A stretch of 64,000 nt of DNA from an uncultured Nitrososphaerales archaeon (GTDB lineage: Archaea > Thermoproteota > Nitrososphaeria > Nitrososphaerales > Gagatemarchaeaceae). This document shows, in pieces, positions 1 to 8,870 of the stretch (position 1 is the first letter of the stretch; every line of letters starts with the position of its first letter). The position numbers and the translations under genes are program-made. The DNA is taken from assembly GCA_963706445.1 (NCBI GenBank), contig OY970160.1, positions 1,408,001 through 1,472,000 on the forward strand, given 5' to 3'. The notes beneath the pieces were generated by a model. That model was not told the origin of the DNA. It was given only the letters and a program-made list of their open reading frames with translations, and searched no databases.

Positions 1-225
1 GAGCAGGAACTCTGCTACCTCAATATCTCTCTGGCCACCGACTACGACGCTGGACTCGAGGGGGACCCTAGCGTGAAACCTGTGTCGCATGAGGAGGTCA
101 TCAATGTGTTCAACAGCAAGATGGAGAGCCTGAGGGAGCTGATCGTTGAGGTCGTGAAGGCGCTCCCGGAGAAGAGGACCTGCGAGTGCGGGACGGCACT
201 GAAGCATGCGAGGATGAGCGCCTGA
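1..225 (+). CDS. mtnP: S-methyl-5'-thioadenosine phosphorylase, C-terminal part (5' end outside the window)
   Basis: Frame 1 reads EQELCYLNISLATDYDAGLEGDPSVKPVSHEEVI...CECGTALKHARMSA*, with the MTAP TDYD motif and C-terminal CxC. The stop overlaps the apt start (TGATG). Not in the ORF track. Confidence 0.85.
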   Translation, partial: EQELCYLNISLATDYDAGLEGDPSVKPVSHEEVINVFNSKMESLRELIVEVVKALPEKRTCECGTALKHARMSA

Positions 226-755
226 TGGGGAAGCTCGAGACGGACATCAAGAAGAGCATCAGGACCATCCACGACTACCCGAAGAAGGGGATACCGTTCA
301 AGGACCTCACCACCCTCTGGCGGAACGGGAACCTCACCCATAGGGTCATGGACGCCCTCGTCAGGGAATGGAAGGGGGCCAAGCTCGACAAGATAGTGGG
401 GATAGAAGCGAGGGGGTTCATCGTAGGGGCGCCCATGGCCGACAGGCTCGGCGTCGGGTTCGTCCCCGCGAGGAAGATAGGGAAGCTCCCAGCGTCTAAG
501 GTCAGCCTGAACTACGAATTGGAGTATGGGAGGGCGGGGCTGGAGATGCACACTGACTCGATCTCCAAGGGAGACCGGGTGCTTGTCGTGGACGACCTGC
601 TCGCGACGGGGGGGACGTCCTGGGCGGCGGCGGCCCTAGTCAAGAGGTTGGGAGGCAAGGTGGTGGGCTTCGCCTTCGTCACGGAGCTTAGCAGCCTGAA
701 TGGAAGGAAGAAGCTCAAGGGGTACGAAGTCTACTCCCTGGCGAAGTATGACTAG
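225..755 (+). CDS. apt: adenine phosphoribosyltransferase
   Basis: DYPKKGIPFKD, GIEARGF, ARKIGKLP, LEYG and the PRPP-binding VDDLLATGGT. ATG at 225 is coupled to the upstream stop. Confidence 0.95.
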   Translation: MGKLETDIKKSIRTIHDYPKKGIPFKDLTTLWRNGNLTHRVMDALVREWKGAKLDKIVGIEARGFIVGAPMADRLGVGFVPARKIGKLPASKVSLNYELEYGRAGLEMHTDSISKGDRVLVVDDLLATGGTSWAAAALVKRLGGKVVGFAFVTELSSLNGRKKLKGYEVYSLAKYD

Positions 756-1485
756 GAGCGTCCCCCCTGTCGGGGTCATCACTGGCACCGGGGTTACTGA
801 GCACTTCGACCTCAGCAGGCCCAGACTGGTTAGCACACGCTTTGGAAAGGCGACTGTGTTCTCGCACCAGGGAGGGGACTACCTGATAATCCCGCGGCAC
901 GGAGCAGCCCACAAGTCTCCGCCCCACGGGATCAACTATCGGGCGAACATAGCGGCCTTCGGACATCTCGGGGTCAAGCAGGTGATTGCCACCAGCGCCG
1001 TGGGCTCCATGAACCAGGGGCTCCGGGTTGGGGGGATAGGACTCATAGAGCAGTTTCTGGACTTCACAAAGCGGAGGCAGACGACGTTCTTCGAGGAGAA
1101 GGTGGTGCACACGGACATGACTTATCCGTACAGCAGGCACCTCAATCTGGAGCTGACTGTGGCCGCTCGGAAAATGGGGATTGAGCTCCGGCCCCACATG
1201 GTATACGTCTGCGCGGAGGGCCCGAGGTTCGAGACGGCGGCGGAGATCAAGATGTACAAGATACTCGGCGGGGACGTGGTCGGGATGACAGGGGTGCCGG
1301 AGGTCGTGCTAGCCAACGAGATGAAGCTGGAGTACGCGTCTGTCGTGCTAGCCACCAACTGGGCCGCGGGAATGCAGCCGAAGGTCAGCCATGAGGAGGT
1401 CCTGAAGGTGATGGGGCGCTCCGGGAAGGTAGTCAAACAGCTCATAGAGACCACCATCGCAGGACTGAGGGGGGAGAAGAGTTGA
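748..1485 (+). CDS. MTAP/PNP-family purine nucleoside phosphorylase, probably 6-oxopurine/methylthioinosine type
   Basis: GVITGTG, PRHG, INYRANI, EGPRFETAAE, VGMT. Carries ATNWAAG (Asn) in place of TDYD. Confidence 0.9.
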   Translation: MTRSVPPVGVITGTGVTEHFDLSRPRLVSTRFGKATVFSHQGGDYLIIPRHGAAHKSPPHGINYRANIAAFGHLGVKQVIATSAVGSMNQGLRVGGIGLIEQFLDFTKRRQTTFFEEKVVHTDMTYPYSRHLNLELTVAARKMGIELRPHMVYVCAEGPRFETAAEIKMYKILGGDVVGMTGVPEVVLANEMKLEYASVVLATNWAAGMQPKVSHEEVLKVMGRSGKVVKQLIETTIAGLRGEKS

Positions 1486-2714
1486 CCAAGATCGCCGACC
1501 CGAAGCTGAGCGCGGAGGGGGAGAGGAACTTCCTCTGGGCCAGGGCGCACATGGGCACCCTGACGACCCTCGCCGAGAAGTACGGGAAGTCCAGGCCGCT
1601 GGAAGGGGTCAAGCTGGGTGTCTGCCTGCATGTCACCAAGGAAACGTCGGTGCTCATCGACGCCCTGCTGATGTGTGGCGCGGAAGTAAAACTGGCCGCA
1701 GCGAACCCCCTTTCGACCCAGGATGACGTAGCCGCCTATCTCGCGACAAGGACGGACGTCTGGGCATGGAGGGGGGAGTCGACGAGGGAGTACGGCCGGT
1801 GCATCGGGGAGGTGCTCCGCTCGCGCCCTGACCAGCTCATCGACGACGGCGCTGACCTGCACGTGGCGGCCCACACATCGCGGGCCAGGGGAATCGTCGG
1901 GGGGTCGGAGGAGACGACGACGGGCGTGGTTAGGCTGAAGGCACTCGAGGCCGAGGGGATGCTCGCCTACCCTGTGATAGCGGTCAACGACGCCAAGACG
2001 AAGTATCTGTTCGATAACAGGTATGGGACTGGGCAGAGCACCATGGACGGGATTATGAGGGCCACGGCGCTGCTGCTTGCCGGAGTCAAGACCGTCGTGG
2101 TGGGGTACGGCTGGGTCGGGAAAGGGTTGGCGATGCGGGCCCGCGGGATGGGGGCCAGGGTGACGGTGGTCGAGGTAGACCCAGTAAGGGCCCTGGAGGC
2201 ACACCTGGACGGGTTCGACGTCGAGAACATCGACCGCGCAGCCTCAGATGGGGAGCTGTTCATCACGGCCACAGGGCAGAAGAACGTTGTCCCCTACGGA
2301 GCGATTTCGAAGATGAAGGAGGGAGCGATACTGGCCAACGCCGGGCACTTCGACGTGGAGATCGATGTAAAGACGCTGATGTCGAAGGCGAAAGGAACGA
2401 AGGCGGTCAGGCCCAACGTCGACGAGGTCACCCTTCCGTCAGGAAAGAGGGTCTACCTAATCGCCAAGGGGAGGATCGCAAACCTGGTGGCAGCAGAAGG
2501 GCATCCGCCTGAGGTGATGCAGATGTCGTTCGCGAACCAGATGATGGCGGCGATCAGAATCCACAGAGAACACGGCAGGATGGGGAAGAAGGTGTACGGC
2601 GTCCCGGCGGAGCTGGAGGACGAAGTCGCTCGGGCGGCCCTGAAGTCCATGGGGGTCTCCATCGGCGCCGCCACCAAGGAACAGAAGGATTACGGGAAGA
2701 GCTGGAAAATCTGA
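1482..2714 (+). CDS. ahcY: adenosylhomocysteinase
   Basis: NPLSTQDD, IDDGAD, EETTTGV, KYLFDNRYGTGQS, GYGWVGKG, NAGHFDVEID, GHPPEVM. Confidence 0.97.
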   Translation: MTKIADPKLSAEGERNFLWARAHMGTLTTLAEKYGKSRPLEGVKLGVCLHVTKETSVLIDALLMCGAEVKLAAANPLSTQDDVAAYLATRTDVWAWRGESTREYGRCIGEVLRSRPDQLIDDGADLHVAAHTSRARGIVGGSEETTTGVVRLKALEAEGMLAYPVIAVNDAKTKYLFDNRYGTGQSTMDGIMRATALLLAGVKTVVVGYGWVGKGLAMRARGMGARVTVVEVDPVRALEAHLDGFDVENIDRAASDGELFITATGQKNVVPYGAISKMKEGAILANAGHFDVEIDVKTLMSKAKGTKAVRPNVDEVTLPSGKRVYLIAKGRIANLVAAEGHPPEVMQMSFANQMMAAIRIHREHGRMGKKVYGVPAELEDEVARAALKSMGVSIGAATKEQKDYGKSWKI

Positions 2715-2754
2715 CCCAATCTTTATACTGAAAGGGACGAGGTCGCAGTCAGCC

Positions 2755-4458
2755 GTGGCGAAGAAGTCCAAGGGACGGGTGCTGGTGCTCTGCGCCCTTC
2801 CATACACCAACGCAGTCCCTCATGTCGGGAACTTGGTGGGCTCTCACCTCCCAGCTGACATATTTGCGAGGTACTGCAGGCTCAAGGGCCTTGAGACGCT
2901 ATTCGTCGGAGCGACGGACGAGAACGGGACCCCCACCGAAGTCGCCGCCCTGGAGCTCAAGGTAACGCCGAAGGAGGTGACTGACACTCTCTACAAGGTA
3001 CACAGGGACATCTATTCGTGGTTTGAGATCTCCTATGACAACTTCTCGAGGACGTCTAGCCCTACCCACCACAGGACGACCCGCGAGTTCTTTCTGAAGA
3101 TCTACAAGAAGGGGTTCGTCAGCGAGGGGGAGCAGCGCCTCCCTTACTGCGAGAACGACAAGATCTTCCTCCCGGACAGGTACGTCGTGGGGAAGTGCCC
3201 TGTCTGCGGCTACGAGTTCGCCAGAGGGGACCAGTGCGAAAGGTGCGCCACCCTCCTCGACCCCATCCAACTCATTGAACCCCGGTGTAAGATCGATGGT
3301 AGCGCGCCTGTGTTCAGAGACAGCAAACAGCTTTTCCTTGAGCTGGGGAAGGTGCAGGACCGGCTCGAGAAGTGGATAACCTCCCGGGAGATCTGGCGGA
3401 GCCAGGTGAAGGCCTTGGCCCTTGGATGGATCAAGGAGGGGCTGAAGAAGCGGTCCATCACCCGGGACCTTCGTTGGGGAGTCCCTGTCCCACTGGAGAC
3501 CTTCAAGGACAAGGTGTTCTACGTCTGGTTCGATGCGCCCATCGGCTACATTTCTGCCACGAAGGAGTGGGCCGAGGCCATGGGGAAGCCCAACAAATGG
3601 AAGGAGTTCTGGCTCGACAAGGACTCCCGGATCTACAACTTCCTCGGGAAGGACAACATACCATTCCATACGATATTCTGGCCGGGGATGCTTTTCGCCC
3701 ATGGGGGGATCGACCTCCCCTACGACGTGGTAGGGCTGCAGTTCTGCAACTACGAAGGGGACAAGATATCGAAGAGCAGGAACTGGGGGATATTCTGCGA
3801 GAACGTGCCGCAGGTGGGGCTGGACCCGGACATCTGGAGGTACTACCTAGTCCAGATAATCCCAGAGACAAGGGACACCGAGTTCAAGTGGGAGGAGTTC
3901 AAGAGCAAGGTGAACAACGAGCTCGTCGCCAACATAGGGAACTTCATCCACAGGACATCCACCTTCGCCTGGAACAACTTCGGCGGGGACGTCAGCATGC
4001 ATGCGAGGAACAAGGAGGAGCGGGAGCTGCTCGGGCGCGCCCAGAAGCTGGCCGAGGAGGCGGGAGAGCTCCTCGAGCAGGTGAAGTTCAGGGATGCGAT
4101 GACGAAGATCCTCGCCATATCAGACCTGGGGAACGAATACTTCCAGCGGAGTCAGCCTTGGAAGGTGATCAAGGAAGACAAAGCCGCCTGTCAGCAGATA
4201 ATCCACACCTGCCTTTCGATGTGCGAGATGGTGGGGATACTCCTCCAGCCGTTCCTCCCCGCCTCGTCCGACAGGATACTCGCGATGTACGGCGTGTCCA
4301 AGCCCAGGCTCGAAGACGTCGGAAAGACAAAACGGAGGATCAAGCTCGCAGCCGAGCCCAAGATCCCCTTCAGGAAGCTCGAAGACGAGCAGATAGAGAA
4401 GGCGAAGACGCTGTCGACCAGGAGCCGTCCCGTAAAGGACTACTTCGTGAAGGCCTGA
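2755..4458 (+). CDS. metG: methionyl-tRNA synthetase (no C-terminal tRNA-binding extension)
   Basis: ALPYTN-HVGN (HIGH motif), Zn knuckles CPVC/CERC, YVWFDAPIGY, GKDNIPFH, KISKS. Confidence 0.97.
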   Translation: MAKKSKGRVLVLCALPYTNAVPHVGNLVGSHLPADIFARYCRLKGLETLFVGATDENGTPTEVAALELKVTPKEVTDTLYKVHRDIYSWFEISYDNFSRTSSPTHHRTTREFFLKIYKKGFVSEGEQRLPYCENDKIFLPDRYVVGKCPVCGYEFARGDQCERCATLLDPIQLIEPRCKIDGSAPVFRDSKQLFLELGKVQDRLEKWITSREIWRSQVKALALGWIKEGLKKRSITRDLRWGVPVPLETFKDKVFYVWFDAPIGYISATKEWAEAMGKPNKWKEFWLDKDSRIYNFLGKDNIPFHTIFWPGMLFAHGGIDLPYDVVGLQFCNYEGDKISKSRNWGIFCENVPQVGLDPDIWRYYLVQIIPETRDTEFKWEEFKSKVNNELVANIGNFIHRTSTFAWNNFGGDVSMHARNKEERELLGRAQKLAEEAGELLEQVKFRDAMTKILAISDLGNEYFQRSQPWKVIKEDKAACQQIIHTCLSMCEMVGILLQPFLPASSDRILAMYGVSKPRLEDVGKTKRRIKLAAEPKIPFRKLEDEQIEKAKTLSTRSRPVKDYFVKA

Positions 4459-4459
4459 C

Positions 4460-5506
4460 CTAGTCGCAGGACTGCAGGGCTTCGAGCCCCTCGGGGAGGG
4501 CGAAGTCCATGTCGTCGTCGAGGACCCGGTCTCCGAAGACCTTGTTCAGCGGGTCGTAGTCGTCGTATTTCGTCGAGCTGAACCCAGATGCTAGCACGCA
4601 GACCTGGAGTTGCGAGGAACCGGTGTAATCGACCCCGTACTCCACATCCAGAGCCTGGTTTCCTGTCGCCGTGCCCAGCCTCTCCACGGCCAATGCGACC
4701 TCGGGAGCGGTGAGGCTCGAGTCTCCGTTCAAGCTGACTACAGCCCGCGAGGCTTCCTTGGCGTCGGCGAGCTTCCCCAGGGAGACCACGGCCCCTGCGA
4801 GTGCGTCCTCGGTCTTGTCGGCCGAGGTGCTGCTTGAAAGCCCGAGCAGCGAGTACCCGTCCTGGAGCACCGTGCCAAGGAGCTTGTTCATCCCTATCGG
4901 TTTCGAGCCTTCGGCCGCTCCTGCCAGCAGCGATCCCAGGGCCTTGACTGCGGCTTTGTTGGCGGTGTCATAGATGCCTGCGAGGGTGGAATCCTCGGAG
5001 GACGAGCGCATCAGAGTGTCGTTGTCCACTACGACTACCCCCTTGGATGAAGCCCTGAGTCGCCTGAGCGAGACCCCGGCGTAGAACTTCATCTTCTTCT
5101 CAAAGTCAAAGGGCATTATCGCGACCCCCACGGCCGTGGCCCCACAGGCCTGTGAAAGCGAAGCGACGAGAGGAGCAAGCCCGCTCCCTGTAGCGCCCCC
5201 GAGACCGGCCACGATGAAGACGACTTCGGAACCGCTCACTAGTTCCCTTATGCGCTCCTGGTACCCCATGGCCAGGCCCCGGACCATGGCCGGGGTCAGC
5301 TTCTGCTCCACCGGCGAATCAATCAGCATTGCGTCCTTCAGGTCAACGGTCGAGAAGTCGTTGTCGTCGCAAGAAATGTAGGCGTACCTGTCCACCATCA
5401 ACGATTTTCTGCTCAGGAGGGAGACCACCTTGATCCCCGCACTTCCTATCCCTACTGCCACTGTCTTTGCTCGATTATTGACAACCAATTCTGGGGCGCA
5501 GACCAT
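4460..5506 (-). CDS. ftsZ: divergent FtsZ/tubulin-family protein (thaumarchaeal type)
   Basis: VGIGSAG, VAGLGGATGSG signature, MPFDFE, VVVDND. The T7 loop is degenerate. Start chosen at ATG 5506. Confidence 0.85.
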   Translation of the reverse strand: MVCAPELVVNNRAKTVAVGIGSAGIKVVSLLSRKSLMVDRYAYISCDDNDFSTVDLKDAMLIDSPVEQKLTPAMVRGLAMGYQERIRELVSGSEVVFIVAGLGGATGSGLAPLVASLSQACGATAVGVAIMPFDFEKKMKFYAGVSLRRLRASSKGVVVVDNDTLMRSSSEDSTLAGIYDTANKAAVKALGSLLAGAAEGSKPIGMNKLLGTVLQDGYSLLGLSSSTSADKTEDALAGAVVSLGKLADAKEASRAVVSLNGDSSLTAPEVALAVERLGTATGNQALDVEYGVDYTGSSQLQVCVLASGFSSTKYDDYDPLNKVFGDRVLDDDMDFALPEGLEALQSCD

Positions 5507-5596
5507 GTTAGCGGCGAGAATAAACAAACCCACCACTGAATTTTGTTGACGATGGAGTAGTTTTTGTTTACCCTGCGTCCAATGATATTGCCGGGG

Positions 5597-5911
5597 TCAC
5601 TTTCCGAAGTTCGGCACGGGAGCGTCCTCGTTGACGAGCCTGTTGACTAGGTCGTCCATCATGTGCCCCGAGCACTCGACCCTGACAGCTTGGACTCCGG
5701 CGACAGACAGGGCAACCTGCTTGATGCTCCTCCCCGTGTCCACGGCGATGGGGCTGTAGGCGGAGAGGGGCTGGAATCTGACCCTGATAGAGCCGGTGGC
5801 CATCTCGTTGACATCTGTGACTATGTTTAGCTCCCCGAGCTTCCTCTTAGTCTCCTCGTCGACGATGTCGTTCAATCGCTCGGCGACTCGCATGGAGAGT
5901 TCGCTTGGCAA
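5597..5911 (-). CDS. DUF59/MIP18-like Fe-S assembly (SufT-like) protein
   Basis: LNDIVDEET..LGELNIV, P-x-S-x-Y-S-P-I-A, IKQVALSVAGV and GHM fit the FeS_assembly_P pattern. Confidence 0.7.
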   Translation of the reverse strand: MPSELSMRVAERLNDIVDEETKRKLGELNIVTDVNEMATGSIRVRFQPLSAYSPIAVDTGRSIKQVALSVAGVQAVRVECSGHMMDDLVNRLVNEDAPVPNFGK

Positions 5912-5953
5912 GTTGAGAGACCCCGAAATTCCTGAGCCTATTTGACTTTTGGC

Positions 5954-7429
5954 TCACCAGTGAACCCTGAGAGTCATGGGGTGCGAAGCCTTCACTTCGT
6001 CTATCTTTCCTACGCTGGTGTTCTTGGGGACGGAGCCCAGGGTCCCCTGCCTCATCTCCTTGTAGATCTCGTTCAGGGCGGCCGCGTACTCGTCGAGCAT
6101 CTCGAGCGGCTCGGACTCAGTAGGTTCTATCATTAGGGCTTCGTGGACGATGAGTGGAAAATAGATGGTGGGGGCATGCATCCCATAGTCGAGTATCCCC
6201 TTGGCGATGGTGAGGGCGGACCCGGGGAGCTCGCTCTTCACAGAAACGACCGCCTCGTGCTTCCTGTGCAGGTCCTTGCCGTGGGATGCGGGGAAGGCCT
6301 CGGGGTCGAGGCTCTTCCATAGGTAGTTGGCGGCTAGCACCGCCAGAGATGACACGTCTGCCAGGCCTGATGCGCCCAAGAGCCGGATGTATACGTAGGC
6401 CCTGAGGAGTACGGCCGAGTTTCCCACGAACCCCTTGAGTGGGCCTATGGTGTGTTTCAGGTCGTAGTCCAGCGAGTAGGCATCCTTGGCCTTCGAAACA
6501 ACCGGGACGGGAAGGTATTGGGTGAGCTTCCTGGTGACTCCGACCGGCCCTGCGCCGGGGCCCCCTCCTCCGTGCGGGGTGGCAAATGTCTTGTGCAGGT
6601 TCAGGTGGACTACATCGAACCCCATGTCTCCGGGCCTGGCCCTGCCCAGCAGTGCGTTCATGTTGGCCCCGTCGTAGTACATCAGCCCTCCTGCGGCGTG
6701 TACGGCACTGCACACGTCAGCGACTTCGCTTTCGAATAGACCGAGGGTGTTGGGGACGGTGAACATCATCCCAGCTGTCCTGTCGGAGCAGAGCTCCCTG
6801 ACCGCCGAGGCTCTCACCTGTCCGGACGGGTCAGATGCGACCTTCACGACCTGGAACCCCGCCATGGCGGCGCTCGCCGGGTTCGTCCCGTGGGCGGAGT
6901 CGGGGACAAGGATCTCGTCCCTCTTCCCCTGGCCGTGGTCCCTCAGGTACTTCCTGATCATGAGGACCCCCGCCAGCTCCCCCTGGGCCCCGGCGGCCGT
7001 CGAAAGGGAGAATCGGTGCATGCCTGTCAACTCTTTGAGGTATCTCTCGAGCTCGTAGAATATCGACAGGAGCCCCTGGACCGTGTCCTCGGGTTGGAGG
7101 GGGTGGGCGTTCTTCATCCCGTCTGACCCGGATATCATCTCGGAGACCTTGGGGTTGTACTTCATCGTACAGCTCCCGAGGGGATACATCCCGAGCTCTA
7201 CCGAGAAGTTCATCTGGGACAGGCGGTTGAAATGCCTGAGCACCTGGAGCTCGGAAAGCTCGGGGAGGTTGACGGAGCTCCTCCTCAGGGAGGCCGGGAC
7301 CAGCGAGCCAGGGTCCTTGAACCGGGCAGATATCTTGACGTCGTTCGGGACGGACATCCCGACCCTTCCCGGCCTGCTGAGCTCCTTCAGGAGGGGTTCG
7401 TCCCAGAATGCCTGGGTGAACTTCTTCAC
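5954..7429 (-). CDS. gcvPB: glycine dehydrogenase (decarboxylating) subunit 2
   Basis: YPLGSCTMKYNP, SAHGTNPASA, LNLHKTF (PLP Lys), PHGGGGPG. Confidence 0.97.
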   Translation of the reverse strand: MKKFTQAFWDEPLLKELSRPGRVGMSVPNDVKISARFKDPGSLVPASLRRSSVNLPELSELQVLRHFNRLSQMNFSVELGMYPLGSCTMKYNPKVSEMISGSDGMKNAHPLQPEDTVQGLLSIFYELERYLKELTGMHRFSLSTAAGAQGELAGVLMIRKYLRDHGQGKRDEILVPDSAHGTNPASAAMAGFQVVKVASDPSGQVRASAVRELCSDRTAGMMFTVPNTLGLFESEVADVCSAVHAAGGLMYYDGANMNALLGRARPGDMGFDVVHLNLHKTFATPHGGGGPGAGPVGVTRKLTQYLPVPVVSKAKDAYSLDYDLKHTIGPLKGFVGNSAVLLRAYVYIRLLGASGLADVSSLAVLAANYLWKSLDPEAFPASHGKDLHRKHEAVVSVKSELPGSALTIAKGILDYGMHAPTIYFPLIVHEALMIEPTESEPLEMLDEYAAALNEIYKEMRQGTLGSVPKNTSVGKIDEVKASHPMTLRVHW

Positions 7430-8815
7430 CTAGAGCGCCTCCTCCAAAGCGGCGGAGAGAGCTTCAATGTCTTCCCTGGTGTGGACTTCGGTGACGCAGA
7501 AGAGCCCGGCCTGGGCGCCGACGCCGTAGCCGCTCAACGGGTAGCCTGCGAGAACCCCCTTCTTCGCCAGGCGCCTGTAGACTAGGTCAGCCTTCGACTT
7601 CCGATATGAGACCGTGAACTCCTTGAAGAATGCGCCTCCAAAGTGGGGTGAACGGACCCCGTCGATCCTGGACAGCAGCTTGGCCGCGTAGTGGGAGTTG
7701 GAGATTATCGTCTCCCCCAGCTTCCGGTACCCCTCCTTGCCGAGGAGAGAGAGGTAGCTTGCCGCTGCCACGGCCATGAGGGATTGGTTGGTGCAGACGT
7801 TGGACGTAGCGGCCTCCCTGCGGATGTGCTGCTCCCTTGCCTGCAGGACCATGGCGAATGCCTTCCTGCTCGGGTCGGCGACGGCGTTTGTGATTCCTAT
7901 GAGCCTCCCCGGCATGCTCCTCGCGAGCTTGATGTCTTTGACGGCGAAGATCCCGAGGTGAGGGCCCCCGTAGTTCATGGGGATCCCGAGGGGCTGCCCC
8001 TCCCCCACGGCGACGTCCGCCTCGTAGGCACCCGGCTCCTTGATCAGAGAAAGCGAGATCGGATCGACCCCCACTACAGCGAGCCCGCCAGCGCCATGGA
8101 CCTTCTTCACGATCCTCGGGATCTCTTCCTCGATGACCCCGAAGAAGTTCGGGTTTTCGACGTAGAGGCAGGCTATGTCGTCGGACAGCTTGTGTTCAAG
8201 GTCGGAAAGGTCCACCGTCCCCCGGGACCTGTCGAAGGAGACAGCCTCCAGCTCCATCCCCATGGGCTCGGTATATGTCCTGATGACGGCCAGGCGCTGG
8301 GAGCCTGAATTGGAGGCGATGAGCGCCTTCCTTCTCCCGGTGACCCTCCCGGCCATCCTTACGGCCTCGCCGGCGGCGGAGGCCCAGTCGTAGAGGGAGC
8401 TGTTGCAGACCTCCATCCCCAGAAGGTCGCACATGAGACTCTGGTACTCGAAGAGGGCCTGGAGCATCCCCTGGCTGACCTCTGGCTGGTAAGGGGTGTA
8501 GCTGGTGTAGAACTCCTGTCGGGATGTGATCGACTCGACCGCGGCGGGGATGTAATGGGGCCAGACCCCTCCGCCCAAGAAGCACAACGTTCCCGGCGGG
8601 GTCCTGTTCCTACCGAGCCTCGCCTGGACCTCGCGCCTGATCTCATATTCGGAGGCGCCCTCAGGGAGCCTCAGTTTCCTCTTGAGCCTGACCTTCGGGG
8701 GGATGTCTGAGAAGAGCTCGTCGATGGAGCTGGCCCCTGCCTTCTCAAGCATCTTCGATACGAGGGACTCGTCGAGGTTGGGGAGGAGGGGGTGGCCCTC
8801 GTGAGATGCCTGCAT
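7430..8815 (-). CDS. gcvPA: glycine dehydrogenase (decarboxylating) subunit 1
   Basis: FYTSYTPYQPEVSQG, YGGPHLG, REQHIRREAATSNVCTNQ. The probable start is ATG 8815; the longer ORF-track start overlaps the divergent gene. Confidence 0.96.
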   Translation of the reverse strand: MQASHEGHPLLPNLDESLVSKMLEKAGASSIDELFSDIPPKVRLKRKLRLPEGASEYEIRREVQARLGRNRTPPGTLCFLGGGVWPHYIPAAVESITSRQEFYTSYTPYQPEVSQGMLQALFEYQSLMCDLLGMEVCNSSLYDWASAAGEAVRMAGRVTGRRKALIASNSGSQRLAVIRTYTEPMGMELEAVSFDRSRGTVDLSDLEHKLSDDIACLYVENPNFFGVIEEEIPRIVKKVHGAGGLAVVGVDPISLSLIKEPGAYEADVAVGEGQPLGIPMNYGGPHLGIFAVKDIKLARSMPGRLIGITNAVADPSRKAFAMVLQAREQHIRREAATSNVCTNQSLMAVAAASYLSLLGKEGYRKLGETIISNSHYAAKLLSRIDGVRSPHFGGAFFKEFTVSYRKSKADLVYRRLAKKGVLAGYPLSGYGVGAQAGLFCVTEVHTREDIEALSAALEEAL

Positions 8816-8870
8816 CTTTCGTGGCCGAAAAACGCTTAAAATAAGAACGTAGCGGCGAGGGCTCACTCGT

